Positions 14,001 through 26,834 are shown, numbered from the stretch's first letter. The stretch is DNA of 52,580 nt from Macrostomum lignano (GCA_002269645.1 NIVC01001930.1:1-52580), one strand, 5' to 3'. Notes: generated by a model not told the origin, from the letters alone. A program made the numbers and translations.

Positions 14001-14649
14001 GTCTATGGTTTTGGAGGCAGACAATGGTAGATTGAGTCTATGGTTTTGGAGGCAGACAATGGTAGATTGTGTCTATGGTTTTGGAGTCAGACAATGGTAG
14101 ATTGTGTCTATGGTTTTGGAGTCTTAGACATATTGCGCATACCTGCTCAATTGGCAATTGAGAAGTTCAGTACGTGAGAACTTGCCAATTGATTGTTACA
14201 AGGAGTTGAAAACTTCAAATCTCTTCAAAAAACGGCATTAAACCGCCCGGCCCTGTTCACCTGCACGCGAAGTCGGAGGCGTTAACAATAAAGTATCCGA
14301 CAGTGCCGCCGCTAACCCAGGGCAGGCCTTTGGCCAGGAACTGCCAGCCGAGGCCCCACACCAGCAGGTTGGTGGTGTCCGACACGGCAATGAAGGCCAG
14401 GTAGACATTCTGTCTGCACTGGCGCAGCCACCGATCGCTAAGCATTATATAGGTTGTCAAGCCGTTGCCAATGACGCCAATAATCAGCATGGCCGGCACG
14501 GCGAACGCGGCCAGAGCTCCAAGAACGCTGGCCCCGACGCAGAACGATTGTCTCGACGTGTCGTTGCTTCGACAATCGTTGAACAGATCGGTGAGCGAGT
14601 CCAGGTAGCCAACCGTGCTGAGGTTGGTAGCGAGGCCATCGGCTGCCAT
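11053..14649 (-). CDS. Class A (rhodopsin-like) GPCR of peptide-receptor type, 391 aa; exons 14261-14649 and 11053-11839
   Basis: TM1 IIGVIGN; TM2 YLAFIAVSD; phase-2 intron (TGC AG|gtgaac...catcag|G CTG) giving ACRLFRF; TM3 MTLDRV; TM6 YFLSGLP; TM7 LLLNQSVNWAVL. Total CDS 1176 nt is in frame. Confidence 0.9.
12213..12350 (+). mobile_element. Helitron/HINE-like terminal segment (ACTAG plus C-run/G-run hairpin), homologous to 37331-37450
   Basis: ACTAGCAATCTGCCCC...GTTGGGAGGCAACAAAGAAAG...TAAACTACATGTAGCTTTTGAC matches ACTAGCGACCCGCGCCCC...GCTGGGGAGGCAATAAAGAAAGG...TAAACTACATGTAGCTTTTGAC at 37331. Confidence 0.5.
12668..13330 (+). mobile_element. Helitron/HINE-like element with an internal 34-bp CTCAGCAA array (12740-12930); same family as 19607-21790
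   Basis: Starts ACTAGCGACCGGCCCCCC. CTCAG period 34 at 12751, 12785 and 12819. GAGCCTTGAT-CTCAGCAA and GAGT-TTTTATG motifs are shared with 20100-21790. Confidence 0.5.
13061..13110. other. Perfect 20-bp inverted repeat with a 10-nt spacer (TIR-like)
   Basis: CAAGGACCACTAGAAGTTAC (13061-13080) and GTAACTTCTAGTGGTCCTTG (13091-13110) are exact reverse complements. Confidence 0.9.
13514..14124. repeat. 35-bp minisatellite (TATGGTTTTGGAGGCAGACAATGGTAGATTGTGTC), about 17 copies, in the GPCR intron
   Basis: TATGG at 13514 and 13549, period continuing. Confidence 0.97.
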
Positions 14650-14924
14650 TTCGGCGCAATGCTGGCCTCAGCCAGGAATGGTCTACAGCGCCTCTTTATA
14701 TATTGGTATTCACCTGTCTGCGCTCGCCTTGTGAGCCAATCCAATGACTTGAAGCCATTCACAGTATCGGACTAGTTCTAGTTCTAATACGCCATACTAC
14801 TACAAAAGTACATTTTAAATCCTTCTGCCCAGAACCACAGCATGCAATAATAATAATTATTATTAATAATAATTAATGCAGGAAGGTTGCCTTCTGCGAC
14901 ATTGTTCAACAACCAGCGCTGAAG

Positions 14925-15085
14925 TGATTCTGCCCATTCCGCCGACTCCCCTGAGCAGGCGCACAAGCGCGCGGATACGTACGCAGTCACATGCACAGGC
15001 ACACACTCACACAGGAGTGTACAGCGATCCTAACTGTATTTATCGCCAGGCATGTACATGTACACTCTCTGTGTTTTGGGGGTTG
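14925..15085. mobile_element. Short interspersed hairpin-bearing repeat (related copies at 42434-42540, 42783-42945 and 49339-49405)
   Basis: CTGCCCATTCCGCCGACTCCCCTGAGCAGGCGCACAAGCGCGCGGATACGTACGCAGTCA is identical at 14927 and about 42785. The CACAGG-TGTACA...TGTACA-CTGTG arms are shared by the copies. Confidence 0.7.
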
Positions 15086-15869
15086 AAAATGAAATAGCCT
15101 TTCATAACTTGACCAACAGAACAACAGACTGAATATCTTTCTTTTTAATACTTATAAGTTGCTTCTGTTCAGTCGAAATGAAGTGACCTTTCCCATGGGC
15201 ATCGGTGTCCTCATGAGCTGATGGTGATGTCTCTCTTAGCTGAATGAGCAACAATACGAATGACCCGTCGGCCATTTGCAGGCAGAAGATAGATTGTTGA
15301 TGCCTTTTCAGTTAGACATGACTTATGAATGATGCATGACACAGGTGCGTCTTTGCACTGTAGTTTATTACCAAGCTATTTGGATAAGCGCTAACCTGAG
15401 TGCAAGCGGAAGTGAAATGATAAGATGGATTAATAATATTATTATCATCATTATTAAATACGCACGCCAAGGGTGCTGACTCAGTAGTAATGAGTAGTAC
15501 TATTTGATGTTGCAGTAAAAGTGACTTTGCTTTGCAGAGTTGATCTCTACTCTTTTGTCTCAAGTTGTCTTGTAAATTACAGTTCAGAACTAGCAATCTA
15601 GTGCGGCCCCCCTTCGGGGCGCCCAATAAGAAAGGAGCAAAAATAGTTCATGGAAAACAATAAAAAAACACATTTTCTTAAACACTAATTCCTTCTTCAC
15701 ATTTTAAAAATCACCTTATTCGTGTAAAATTGTCACGGACTAAGATGTTTGCAAAATTAAAAAATCACTTTTTCTCTAAAATTAACAAACAGTCAACAAA
15801 ATATCGTTTCCCTAAATAGAAAATATTCCCAAGACAGCAAGCAACCCCCTCCAAAAGTGAACAATCGCA

Positions 15870-16330
15870 GATAGCAAGCATCCTCTAATGCTCATAGCAA
15901 GAATCACCACAGATAGCAAGCATCTGCAGATTAGCAAGCACCCCCCAGATATTATAGAAGCATCCACCCAGATAGCAAGCATTCTGCAGATAGCAAGCAC
16001 CCCCAGATATTATAGAAGCATTCTGCAGATAGCAAGCACCCCCCAGATATTATAGAAGCATTCTGCAGATAGCAAGCACCCCCCAGATATTATAGAAGCA
16101 TCCTGCAGATAGCAAGCACCCCCCAGATATTATAGAAGCATCCTGCAGATAGCAAGCATCCTGCAGATAGCAAGAATCCCTAAATAGCAAGCATCCTGCA
16201 GATAGCAAGAATCCCTGAATAGCAAGCATCCCTGGATAGAAAGAATCCCATGCATGTAGCCAGTACCCCCTCTCCCAAATAGCAAGTATCCCCCCTCGAG
16301 AGCAAGCATCCACGAGACAGCAAGTAGCTA
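15870..16330. repeat. Mixed 18-bp and 40-bp tandem array with core GATAGCAAGCA
   Basis: 40-bp period at 16021/16061 and 18-bp units (GATAGCAAGCATCCTGCA) towards the right end. Confidence 0.9.
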
Positions 16331-16444
16331 GTGCAAATGTTACTTCCGCTAATGCAATAATCGCTTTCTCAGGTTGTGCAACAATCCACGTCTCAGCGAG
16401 CGCAATAATCTCTTTTTTAGACAGCGCAGTAATCAGCTTCTCAG

Positions 16445-18925
16445 CTAGTGCAATAATCCTTGGTTTATTAATAGCAATAATCCTTGATTAATCAAGTGCA
16501 ATAATCCTTGGTTTATCAAGTGCAATAATCCTTGGTTTATCAAGTGCAGTAATCTTTGGCTTATAAAGTGCAATAATCCTTGGTTTATCAAGTGCAAAAA
16601 TCCTTTGTTTATCAAGTGCAATAATCCTTGTTTTTTCAAGTGCAATAATCCTTGGTTTATTAAGTGCAATAATCCTTGGTTTATTAAGTGCAATAATCCT
16701 TGGTTTATCTAGCGCAGTAATCCTTGTCTTATCAGGTGCAATAATCCTTGGTTTATCAAGTGCAATATTTGTTTATCAAGTGCAATAATCCTTGGTTTAT
16801 CAAGTGAAATAATCCTTGGTTTATCAAGTGCAATAATCCTTGGCTTATCAACTGCAATAATCCTTGGTTTATCAAGCGCAGTAATCTTTGGCCTATCAAG
16901 TGCAATAATCCTTGGTTTATCAAGTGCAGTAATCCTTGGCCTATCAAGTGCAATAATCCTTGGTTTATCAAGTGCAATAATCCTTGTTTATCAAGTGTAA
17001 TAATCCTTGGTTTATCAAGTGCAATAATCCTTGGCTTATCAACTGCAATAATCCTTGGTTTATCAAGTGCAATAATCCTTGGTTTATCAAGCGCAGTAAT
17101 CCTTGGCCTATCAAGTGCAATAATCCTTGGCTTATCAAGTGCAATAGTCCTTGGTTTATCAAGTGCAATAATCCTTGGTTTATCAAGTGCAGTAATCCTT
17201 GGCCTATCAAGTGCAATAATCCTTGGTTTGCCAAGAGCAATAATCCTTAGTTTATCGAGTGCAGTAATCCTTAGTTTTCCAAGTGCAGTAATCCTTGGTT
17301 TATTAAGAGCAATAATCCTTGGCTTATCGAGTGCAGTAATCCTTGGTTTGCCAAGAGCAATAATCCTTGGTTTATCAAGTGCAATAATCCTTGGTTTATC
17401 AAGTGCAATAATCCTTGGTTTATCAAGTGCAATAATCCTTGGTTTATCAGATGCAATAATCCTTGGCTTATCAACTGCAATAATCCTTGGTTTATCAAGT
17501 GCAATAATCCTTGGCTTATCAAGTGCAATAATCCTTGGTTTATCAAGTGCAATAATCCTTGGTTTATCAAGCGCAGTAATCTTTGGCCTATCAAGTGCAA
17601 TAATCCTTTGTTTATCAAGTGCAATAATCCTTGGTTTATCAAGTGCAATAATCTTTGGTTTATCAGATGCAATAATCCTTGGCTTATCAACTGCAATAAT
17701 CATTGGTTTATCAAGTGCAATAATCCTTGGCTTATCAAGTGCAATAATCCTTGGTTTATCAAGTGCAATAATCCTTGGTTTATCAAGCGCAGTAATTTTT
17801 GGCCTATCAAGTGCAATAATCCTTGGTTTATCAAGTGCAGTAATCCTTGGCCTATCAAGTGCAATAATCCTTGGTTTATCAAGTGCAATAGTCTTTGGTT
17901 TATCGAGTGCAGTAATCCTTAGTTTTCCAAGTGCAGTAATCCTTGGTTTATTAAGAGCAATAATCCTTGGTTTATCGAGTGGAGTAGTCCTTGGTTTATT
18001 AATATCAATAATCCTTGAATAATCCAGTGCATTAATCCTTGGCTTATCAAGTGCAACATTCTTTACTATCAAGTGCAATAATCCATGGCTTATCAAGTGC
18101 AATAATCCTTGGCTTATCAAGTGCAATAATCCTTGGTTTATCAAGTGCAATAATCCTTTGTTTATCAAGTGCAATAATCCTTTGTTTATCAAGTGCAATA
18201 ATCCTTTGTTTATCAAGTGCAATAATCCTTGGTTTATCAAGCGCAGTAATCCTTGGCTTATCAAGTGCAATAATCCTTGGTTTATCAAGTGCAATAATCC
18301 TTGGTTTATCAAGCGCAGTAATCTTTGGCCTATCAAGTGCAATAATCCTTGGTTTATCAAGTGCAGTAATCCTTGGCCTATCAAGTGCAATATTCCTTGG
18401 TTTATCAAGTGCAATAGTCCTTGGTTTATCGAGTGCAGTAATCCTTGGTTTTCCAAGTGCAATAATCCTTGGCTTCTTGAGTGCAGTAATCCTTGGTTTG
18501 CCAAGAGCAATAGTCCTTGGTTTATCGAGTGCAGTAATCCTTGGTTTTCCAAGTGCAGTAATCCTTGGTTTATTAATAGCAATAATCCTTGGCTTCTTAA
18601 GTGCAGTAATCCTTGGTTTGCCAAGAGCAATAGTCCTTGGTTTATCGAGTGCAGTAATCCTTGGTTTTCCAAGTGCAATAATCCTTGGCTTCCTGAGTGC
18701 AGTAATCCTTGGTTTGCCAAGAGTAATAGTCCTTGGTTTATCGAGTGCAGTAATCCTTGGTTTTCCAAGTGCAGTAATCCTTGGTTTATTAATAGCAATA
18801 ATCCTTGGCTTCTTGAGTGCAGTAATCCTTGGTTTGCCAAGAGCAATAGTCCTTGGTTTATCGAGTGCAGTAGTCCTTGGTTTATTAATAGCAATAATCC
18901 TTGGCTTATCGAGTGCAGTAATCTA
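16445..18925. repeat. 24-bp satellite (AAGTGCAATAATCCTTGGTTTATC), about 100 copies, with higher-order variant blocks
   Basis: The 8-aa periodic ORFs (LDKPRIIA, LINQGLLH, LSSAIILG) reflect the 24-bp unit. Confidence 0.98.
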
Positions 18926-19059
18926 AGTGTTTTTATTTAGTCCTTTAATAAAACCTTTTAATAAAAAAATTTACACTACTACTTTTAAACTACATAGATT
19001 CGAACCTAGGTCGCTGCATTAGCAGTCTGGTCTGTTCAGCTCTAGGCTAGCTCTCATCG

Positions 19060-21790
19060 AAGTTATCAGTGATGTTGTACCACTTATATAATTCAACACT
19101 CACACCAAGTCAGGTAGAGTAAAAAGTCTCACGAAGCAGTTATGACATAATCAATTTCTTAGGCAAGTCAGTACCAGTGTCTATGAAAGTTTACAATATG
19201 GTTACGTAATATAAATTCAGTACTGCGCTATGCTTTCACACTCAAAGCTGTGACGCAATTCAATTGAGTGTCAAATTCAGCCAGTACACAGACGATAAAT
19301 AAAGTGTATTGTGATGCAATCTATTTCAGAATCAGAATTCAACCAGTCAGTTTTTCTGCTAGCATTCTTACGATGCATTTCAAGTCGAAAGAGCTGCTTG
19401 ACCTTTGCAAAAAAGCATGTTTTTCGAATATTTAATCCCTTTAGCATCAAGCAATTTCTTAGCCACGATGCATGTACTGTCACGGGAAAATTTCTGATCG
19501 AACAGTGCAAGTTCGAAGAAAATCGGTTGAGCCGTTTTTGCTAAAATCGATCACACACACACACATACACACACACACATACCGACAGACCATTTTTAGT
19601 ATATGGACTAGCCATTTAGCCCCCCGCTGGGGAGCCTTGAAAATGACACCAATTGGTTTTTATTTTGGCACAAGAGTAACCTTACTATAATCATCCAAAA
19701 TTTTGATTTCCAATAATCAAAAATTACCTTTTCTCATTTTGGCAGAAATAAATTGTCCTCAATCCGAATTTTATTAGCCAAAAAAGTTTCGTTCATCAGC
19801 TCAAAACCCTTTCTAAATCAGCAAATAGTGCTTATCCTTTCAAGCACAAACTCTTAGTGCATATCGTCATTGGCCTGGGCATATTCTGGTCCGCAGCAGG
19901 AGCTCAATGTGTAAATCCCTGACGGCCTTAGACCCCTCTTTATTAGCCTAACTCGGAAAACCAAACCTTTAATAAAAACGCTGATATTTCCTATTAGCAA
20001 AAAGCAGCATCACTTGTGTGTTTGCATCACTCATTATCTGAATTAAATGAGCTACTTGAGCCGTCCTACTTGACGATCTGACAATCGCTCAACAACCTAA
20101 CCCCCTCCCCCCAACAATTCAGCCATCCCACATGAGCCTTGATATCTCAGCAATTCCCCAGTAGGCCTTGACATCTCAGAAATTCCCTTATTAAGCATCG
20201 ACATCGCAGCAATAAAACTCGAGCCTTGAAACCTACGCAATTCGCCCAGTAAGCCTTGACATCTTAGCAATCCCCCAGTAAGCCTTGAAATCTAAATAAC
20301 TCCCTCAGTAAGCCTTAAAATTTCAGAAAATCCCTCATTAAGATCGACATCGCAGCAATTAAACTCGAGCCTTGACATCTACGCAATTCTCCCAGCCCAG
20401 TAAGCCTTGACATCCCAACAACCCAACTCCCCTCCTTCAAGAATTCAGCAATCCCTTTATGAGCCTTGATATCTCAGCAATTTCTTCATGATCCTTGTCA
20501 ACTCAGCGATTCCGCACATGAGCCTTGATATCCTACGATATCAAGCAATATAGCAATTCTCATCTTAGCAACTCTTTAATTGATGGTTGACAGCGGTTAA
20601 TCTATGATTGAACCAAAACTGACCCTAAGCCACTTACCCTAACCCATAAGTGAGTCTCGGCATGTTAGCTATTCCCCCTCATGAGCCTTGAGCCTCAGCA
20701 TTAAAGTAACTTCCTCATAAGCTTTAAAATCTAAATTTCACTGAAAGCCTTGACCTGTTAGCAATTATCAAAGAGCCAAAGCATCTAGGTAATTCGCCCC
20801 CAAAGACTTTAATCTGAGCAATTCCTTGATGAATCATTTATGATTGACACGACGATCGCTCTATAATTGAACCGAAACCCTAACCCTTAACTGCAGCCGA
20901 GTCACAGCATTTCAGCAACTCCCTCTCAGCCCAAGAATTTCAGAAATTTCCCAATGAGCTTTTGAAATCTTAGCAATTTCCCATGAGCAAGAAAATTGAG
21001 GGACTAACCTTTTGATACCTTGGCACTTTCACACGAGTCTTATGATTGAACCCTAACCCTGCCAAGTCACAGCATTTCAGCTTTTCCCAATATGAACCAC
21101 AGCATTTCAACAATTACCCAATGAAACTTGACATTTCCTGAATTTCAGCTATTCCCTTTAGGAGCCTTTGAAATCTCAGCCATTCCCCTGTGAACCTTGG
21201 CATCTCAGCAATACCCAAGAGTCACAGCCCACAGCATTACAGGGATGCCCCGTAAGCTTTGACATCTCAGCGATTCCCCAATGAGCCTTGATATCTCAGC
21301 AACTCATTTTTTAGCCACAAAATTTCCCTAATAATCATAAGTGTTGCAATCACAACAATTCCCCCTGAGCATTGAGCTACAGTATAATTCAGATACCCCC
21401 CATGAGCTTTGACATTCCTCGATGAGTCTTTTATGTTTGACAGGCCAATTCATTTATGGTTTACGCCTTACTCTTACCCTAAAAATGTCGGCAATTCCCC
21501 CAACAGCCACAGCATTCCAGTAATTATCTCCATGAGCCTTGACCGCAAAGCATTGTTACTAAGCCTTGATACCTCAGCAATTTCCCAAATAAACCTTCAA
21601 ATCAAAGCAATTCTCCCCAGAATCACGTCATTGTAGCAATTCCCCTGAGCCTTGAGATCTTAGAAATTCTCCCATGAGTCTTGATATCACAGAAATTTCC
21701 CATACCAGCCTTACGCTCGTAGCAATAGACATAGCAGTCTTAAAAATTCCCAATGAGTCTTTTATGTTAAACAGTGCGCTTCTTTTATGA
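19060..21790 (+). mobile_element. Head-to-tail Helitron/HINE-like (Lep1/DINE-1-style) elements with a junction at 19607, followed by a degenerate ladder of about 30-bp GAGCCTTGA-ATCTCAGCAA units
   Basis: GAAGAAAATCGGTTGAGCCGTTTT...(CA)n...GACAGAC...TTTAGTATATGG|ACTAGCCATTTAGCCCCCCCGCTGGGGAGC. The left segment is homologous to the 401-bp unit at 24689. Confidence 0.55.
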
Positions 21791-21889
21791 TTGACATGAT
21801 GATTCTTTTTTGCCTTTTCTTGCATTGCGCTTTCTTCTCTTTAAAAGAAGCATTTATTTAAAAAAATACAATATTTCACCACAACTTAA

Positions 21890-22320
21890 GCAATGCTTCA
21901 CCAGCAGTTTAGCAATGCTTCACCAGCAGTTTAGCAATGCTTCACCAGCAGTTTAGCAATGCTTCACCAGCAGTTTAGCAATGCTTCACCAGCAGTTTAG
22001 CAATGCTTCACCAGCAGTTTAGCAATGCTTCACCAGCAGTTTAGCAATGCTTCACCAGTAGTTTAGCAATGCTTCACCAGCAGTTTAGCAATGCTTCACC
22101 AGCAGTTTAGCAATGCTTCACCAGCAGTTTAGCAATGCTTCACCAGCAGTTTAGCAATGCTTCACCAGCAGTTTAGCAATGCTTCACCAGCAGTTTAGCA
22201 ATACTTTACCAGCAGTTTAGCAATGCTTCACCAGCAGTTTAGCAATGGTTCATCAGCAGTTCAGCAATGCTTCACCAGCAGTTCAGCAATGCTTCACCAG
22301 CAGTTTAGCAATGGTTCACC
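21890..22320. repeat. 22-bp minisatellite (TTAGCAATGCTTCACCAGCAGT), about 19 copies
   Basis: CCAGCAG at 21901 and 21923, period continuing. Confidence 0.97.
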
Positions 22321-23596
22321 GGCACTGTTCCGCAAAATCTGGGAGCAGATGGCCACTGATCTCCATATGCTTCTCAATAATCGAAACCATTTGAAATGTT
22401 TGCCACTTGCAATTAAAATTTGATTTGCAATCCTCTTACATATTTATTACTTCATTGTACGTCAGATTAGCACTGCTCACCCAGATTAGACCCTTTGCAA
22501 ATTAGCACTTACAGCAGATTAGCACTGCTCTAGAAGACTAACGCAGCCCCCCAGCAAAAGTATCTTTAAATTTAAGTGTTTAACATCTCCATGAATCTGC
22601 ATAGGATACAATCATTATTGTAACAGGTCACAAAGATAAATTCGCTGCTTCAATGCAGGCTCGAACTGCTGACATCAAAGCATTCTGCTTAGCTTCTGCC
22701 GGATACTGCCTGCCTACTGCGGCTGTTGTGCCTACTGACATGTGGTCGAAATAATCTAGTTTAGCAACTTCAGCCGTTTGAAGTTAACCCCGCATTTATA
22801 CCCACAATAACCTGAAATTATCCCTGCATCGAATCTCGCAAAAAGGCTGCAGTTATTTCTTAACAGCCAGCATTTATCATCCACTTTGCATTCTACGACT
22901 TTTATTAAAATTAAGCATGTATACCCTCAGCTCATAGAATTGTCCCCTTAGCAAAAAATATTTCACTTAGCAGCCCGCAGTAATCACCTCAACAACTTGT
23001 ACTTAATCTTCCACAGTTAATATCCACTCAAAACTCAATAGTTAGTTATTAGCCTCAGAAGTCTGCCATTATCCTCCAATTAGTCCGCAGTTTCCCTCTC
23101 AGCAGTCTGCAGCTATACGCTCATACGTCTGGAGGAACTACCTCAGCAGTTTGCAGTTGTTTCCCCTTTGCAATCTGCAATGATCCCTTCGACAGTCTGC
23201 AGTTTCCCTCAGCAGTCTGCTGAGCAGTCAATGACTGCAGCAGCAGTCATTCCATTTGCAGTCTACAAGTGTTCAATTAACAATTTTCATTCACCCTCTC
23301 AGCAGCCTGCAGTTCTTCTTTCAGCCGGCTCCTCAGCTCCTCAGGAAACTGCAATTTGCTCAGCATTTTACGGCTCACTAATAAATTTTCGATACATATC
23401 GGCAGTCTTGCAAAACTCAGCATTTTTCGATACCGTCAGCAGTTTTTTCAGAATCGTCTGCAGTTTAGCAATTTCATACTTTCATGGAGCTAGGCAATAT
23501 ACTCATTGATGGGATCAGTACGCTTGTAATACATGTACTCGAAGCAGTTTTTACAAATCAAATTTGCTTAGCGACTTGTGCTAAAATGAAATAATA

Positions 23597-26500
23597 ATTA
23601 GTTAAATTTCAATTGTCCGCTGCGAGCCAGACTCGCACCTGGGACCTTCCGCCTATCCTAAAACTGGTCCTAGTGCCTACAGTGCGGCTACTCCGCCTAT
23701 TGATCGGAAGGCGACAAAATCAGCCATATATGCTTTGGCACTGCAGTGAAATACACAGCAGTGATAGGCTGCTTAGTGCACGGGTTGTATGCAGGCAGAG
23801 CCAATGCGCAGTTAAGTGAAATCTATAAATTAGATTTAGGTCTAGAGGAACTACTTCACAGTCTGCAGTTCTTCTCTGGCCGGCACCTCAGACCCCTCAG
23901 AAAACTGCAATTTGCTCAGCATTCTACGGCTCACTAATCAATTTTCGATACATATCGGCAGTCTTAAAAAAGGTCAGCATTTAGCAAAAGGTCAGCATTT
24001 AGCACTTTTAAGCAATTTAGCAGCATTGTCTGCAGTTTAGTAAATTCGTACTTTTATGGAGCTAGACAATACCCATTGATGGGATCAGTTAAACTCGAAG
24101 CAGACAAGCAAACATACAAACAAACCTTAGAGATTTAGTATATTTGGATTGATTAGTGGCTTGTGCCGAATAGCAAAAAATCCTTCAATTGAAATTAATA
24201 AAAAAATATTCCAATTAGTCGAGGCACAAGCTATAAATTATTGAATTATTTTAATTTTAATTATCCGCCAGGGAGGCAGACTCGAACCTTGGACCTTACG
24301 CCTAGCCTAAACCTAGTCCTAAGTGCCTACAGTGCGGCTACTCCGCCTATTGATGGAAGGACAACAAAATCAGCCATATATGCTTCAGAACTGCAGTTAA
24401 ATACATAGCAGTGATAGGCTGCTCAGTGTGTAGGCGTGCAGGCGGAGCAAATGCACAGTTTATTGAGTGAAATCTATAAATAGCAATTTTCTCCGCCAGT
24501 CAGAGCCAGGGTCAGAATGTACACACGCAGCCACTGAGCATTTTTTCTCCTTGCACACTGCAACCAGTATTGAAGCTTACACAGTGGAGAGAGAAAAGTT
24601 ATGGCGCAATCATAATTGGAATTGGAATTCAGCCAGTCAAGAATTCAACCTTGCTTGGCCTTCCATTAAAAGCATTGGGAAAACTCGTTTTTCGAATATT
24701 TAATACCTTTAGCATTAAAGCCGATTAAAGAAATTTTAACTGTCTTCTTTCCAGATAATTACAAATCTTTTCGTAAAAACGCGATTAAAATTGGTCAATT
24801 GGTTCTATATCTCTAGAACGTTATGCAAATACTAACACAAATTCTCTTCGAGTGAAAGTCACACGAAGCAGCTATGACATAATCAAATACTCAGGCAGTC
24901 AGCATCAGTCTCAATTAAAGTTAGCAATATGGTTACGCAATTTCTGTCTTTCAACTTGGCACAGTGTTTTCAACTTGTTGTGATGCAATCTTTATCAAAA
25001 TCAGAATTCAGTCAGTCGGTTTTTTCTCTAGCATTCTTACAGCGCATTTCAAGTCGAAAGAGCTGCTTGACCTTTGCAAAAAAGCATGTTTTTCGAATAT
25101 TTAATACCTTTAGCATTAAAGCCGATTAAAGAAATTTTAACTGTCTTCTTTCCAGATAATTACAAATCTTTTCGTAAAAACGCGATTAAAATTGGTCAAT
25201 TGGTTCTATATCTATATTAGTTAAATTTCAATTGTCCGCTGCGAGCCAGACTCGCACCTGGGACCTTCCGCCTATCCTAAAACTGGTCCTAGTGCCTACA
25301 GTGCGGCTACTCCGCCTATTGATCGGAAGGCGACAAAATCAGCCATATATGCTTTGGCACTGCAGTGAAATACACAGCAGTGATAGGCTGCTTAGTGCAC
25401 GGGTTGTATGCAGGCAGAGCCAATGCGCAGTTAAGTGAAATCTATAAATTAGATTTAGGTCTAGAGGAACTACTTCACAGTCTGCAGTTCTTCTCTGGCC
25501 GGCACCTCAGACCCCTCAGAAAACTGCAATTTGCTCAGCATTCTACGGCTCACTAATCAATTTTCGATACATATCGGCAGTCTTAAAAAAGGTCAGCATT
25601 TAGCAAAAGGTCAGCATTTAGCACTTTTAAGCAATTTAGCAGCATTGTCTGCAGTTTAGTAAATTCGTACTTTTATGGAGCTAGACAATACCCATTGATG
25701 GGATCAGTTAAACTCGAAGCAGACAAGCAAACATACAAACAAACCTTAGAGATTTAGTATATTTGGATTGATTAGTGGCTTGTGCCGAATAGCAAAAAAT
25801 CCTTCAATTGAAATTAATAAAAAAATATTCCAATTAGTCGAGGCACAAGCTATAAATTATTGAATTATTTTAATTTTAATTATCCGCCAGGGAGGCAGAC
25901 TCGAACCTTGGACCTTACGCCTAGCCTAAACCTAGTCCTAAGTGCCTACAGTGCGGCTACTCCGCCTATTGATGGAAGGACAACAAAATCAGCCATATAT
26001 GCTTCAGAACTGCAGTTAAATACATAGCAGTGATAGGCTGCTCAGTGTGTAGGCGTGCAGGCGGAGCAAATGCACAGTTTATTGAGTGAAATCTATAAAT
26101 AGCAATTTTCTCCGCCAGTCAGAGCCAGGGTCAGAATGTACACACGCAGCCACTGAGCATTTTTTCTCCTTGCACACTGCAACCAGTATTGAAGCTTACA
26201 CAGTGGAGAGAGAAAAGTTATGGCGCAATCATAATTGGAATTGGAATTCAGCCAGTCAAGAATTCAACCTTGCTTGGCCTTCCATTAAAAGCATTGGGAA
26301 AACTCGTTTTTCGAATATTTAATACCTTTAGCATTAAAGCCGATTAAAGAAATTTTAACTGTCTTCTTTCCAGATAATTACAAATCTTTTCGTAAAAACG
26401 CGATTAAAATTGGTCAATTGGTTCTATATCTCTAGAACGTTATGCAAATACTAACACAAATTCTCTTCGAGTGAAAGTCACACGAAGCAGCTATGACATA

Positions 26501-26834
26501 ATCAAATACTCAGGCAGTCAGCATCAGTCTCAATTAAAGTTAGCAATATGGTTACGCAATTTCTGTCTTTCAACTTGGCACAGTGTTTTCAACTTGTTGT
26601 GATGCAATCTTTATCAAAATCAGAATTCAGTCAGTCGGTTTTTTCTCTAGCATTCTTACAGCGCATTTCAAGTCGAAAGAGCTGCTTGACCTTTGCAAAA
26701 AAGCATGTTTTTCGAATATTTAATACCTTTAGCATTAAAGCCGATTAAAGAAATTTTAACTGTCTTCTTTCCAGATAATTACAAATCTTTTCGTAAAAAC
26801 GCGATTAAAATTGGTCAATTGGTTCTATATCTCT
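23597..26834. repeat. Near-identical 1619-bp tandem duplication (23597-25215 and 25216-26834)
   Basis: ATTAGTTAAATTTCAATTG at 23597 and 25216. Identical ORF pairs are offset by 1619 (23613/25232, 24467/26086, 24929/26548). Confidence 0.95.

Noticed and set aside
16445-18940. Long ORFs of 260-712 aa on both strands
   Set aside because: They are translations of a 24-bp satellite, open in several frames, with no splice context or domain signal.
20620-21062. CCCTAA telomere-like hexamers
   Set aside because: There are only isolated one- or two-unit occurrences within a degenerate element, not an interstitial telomere.
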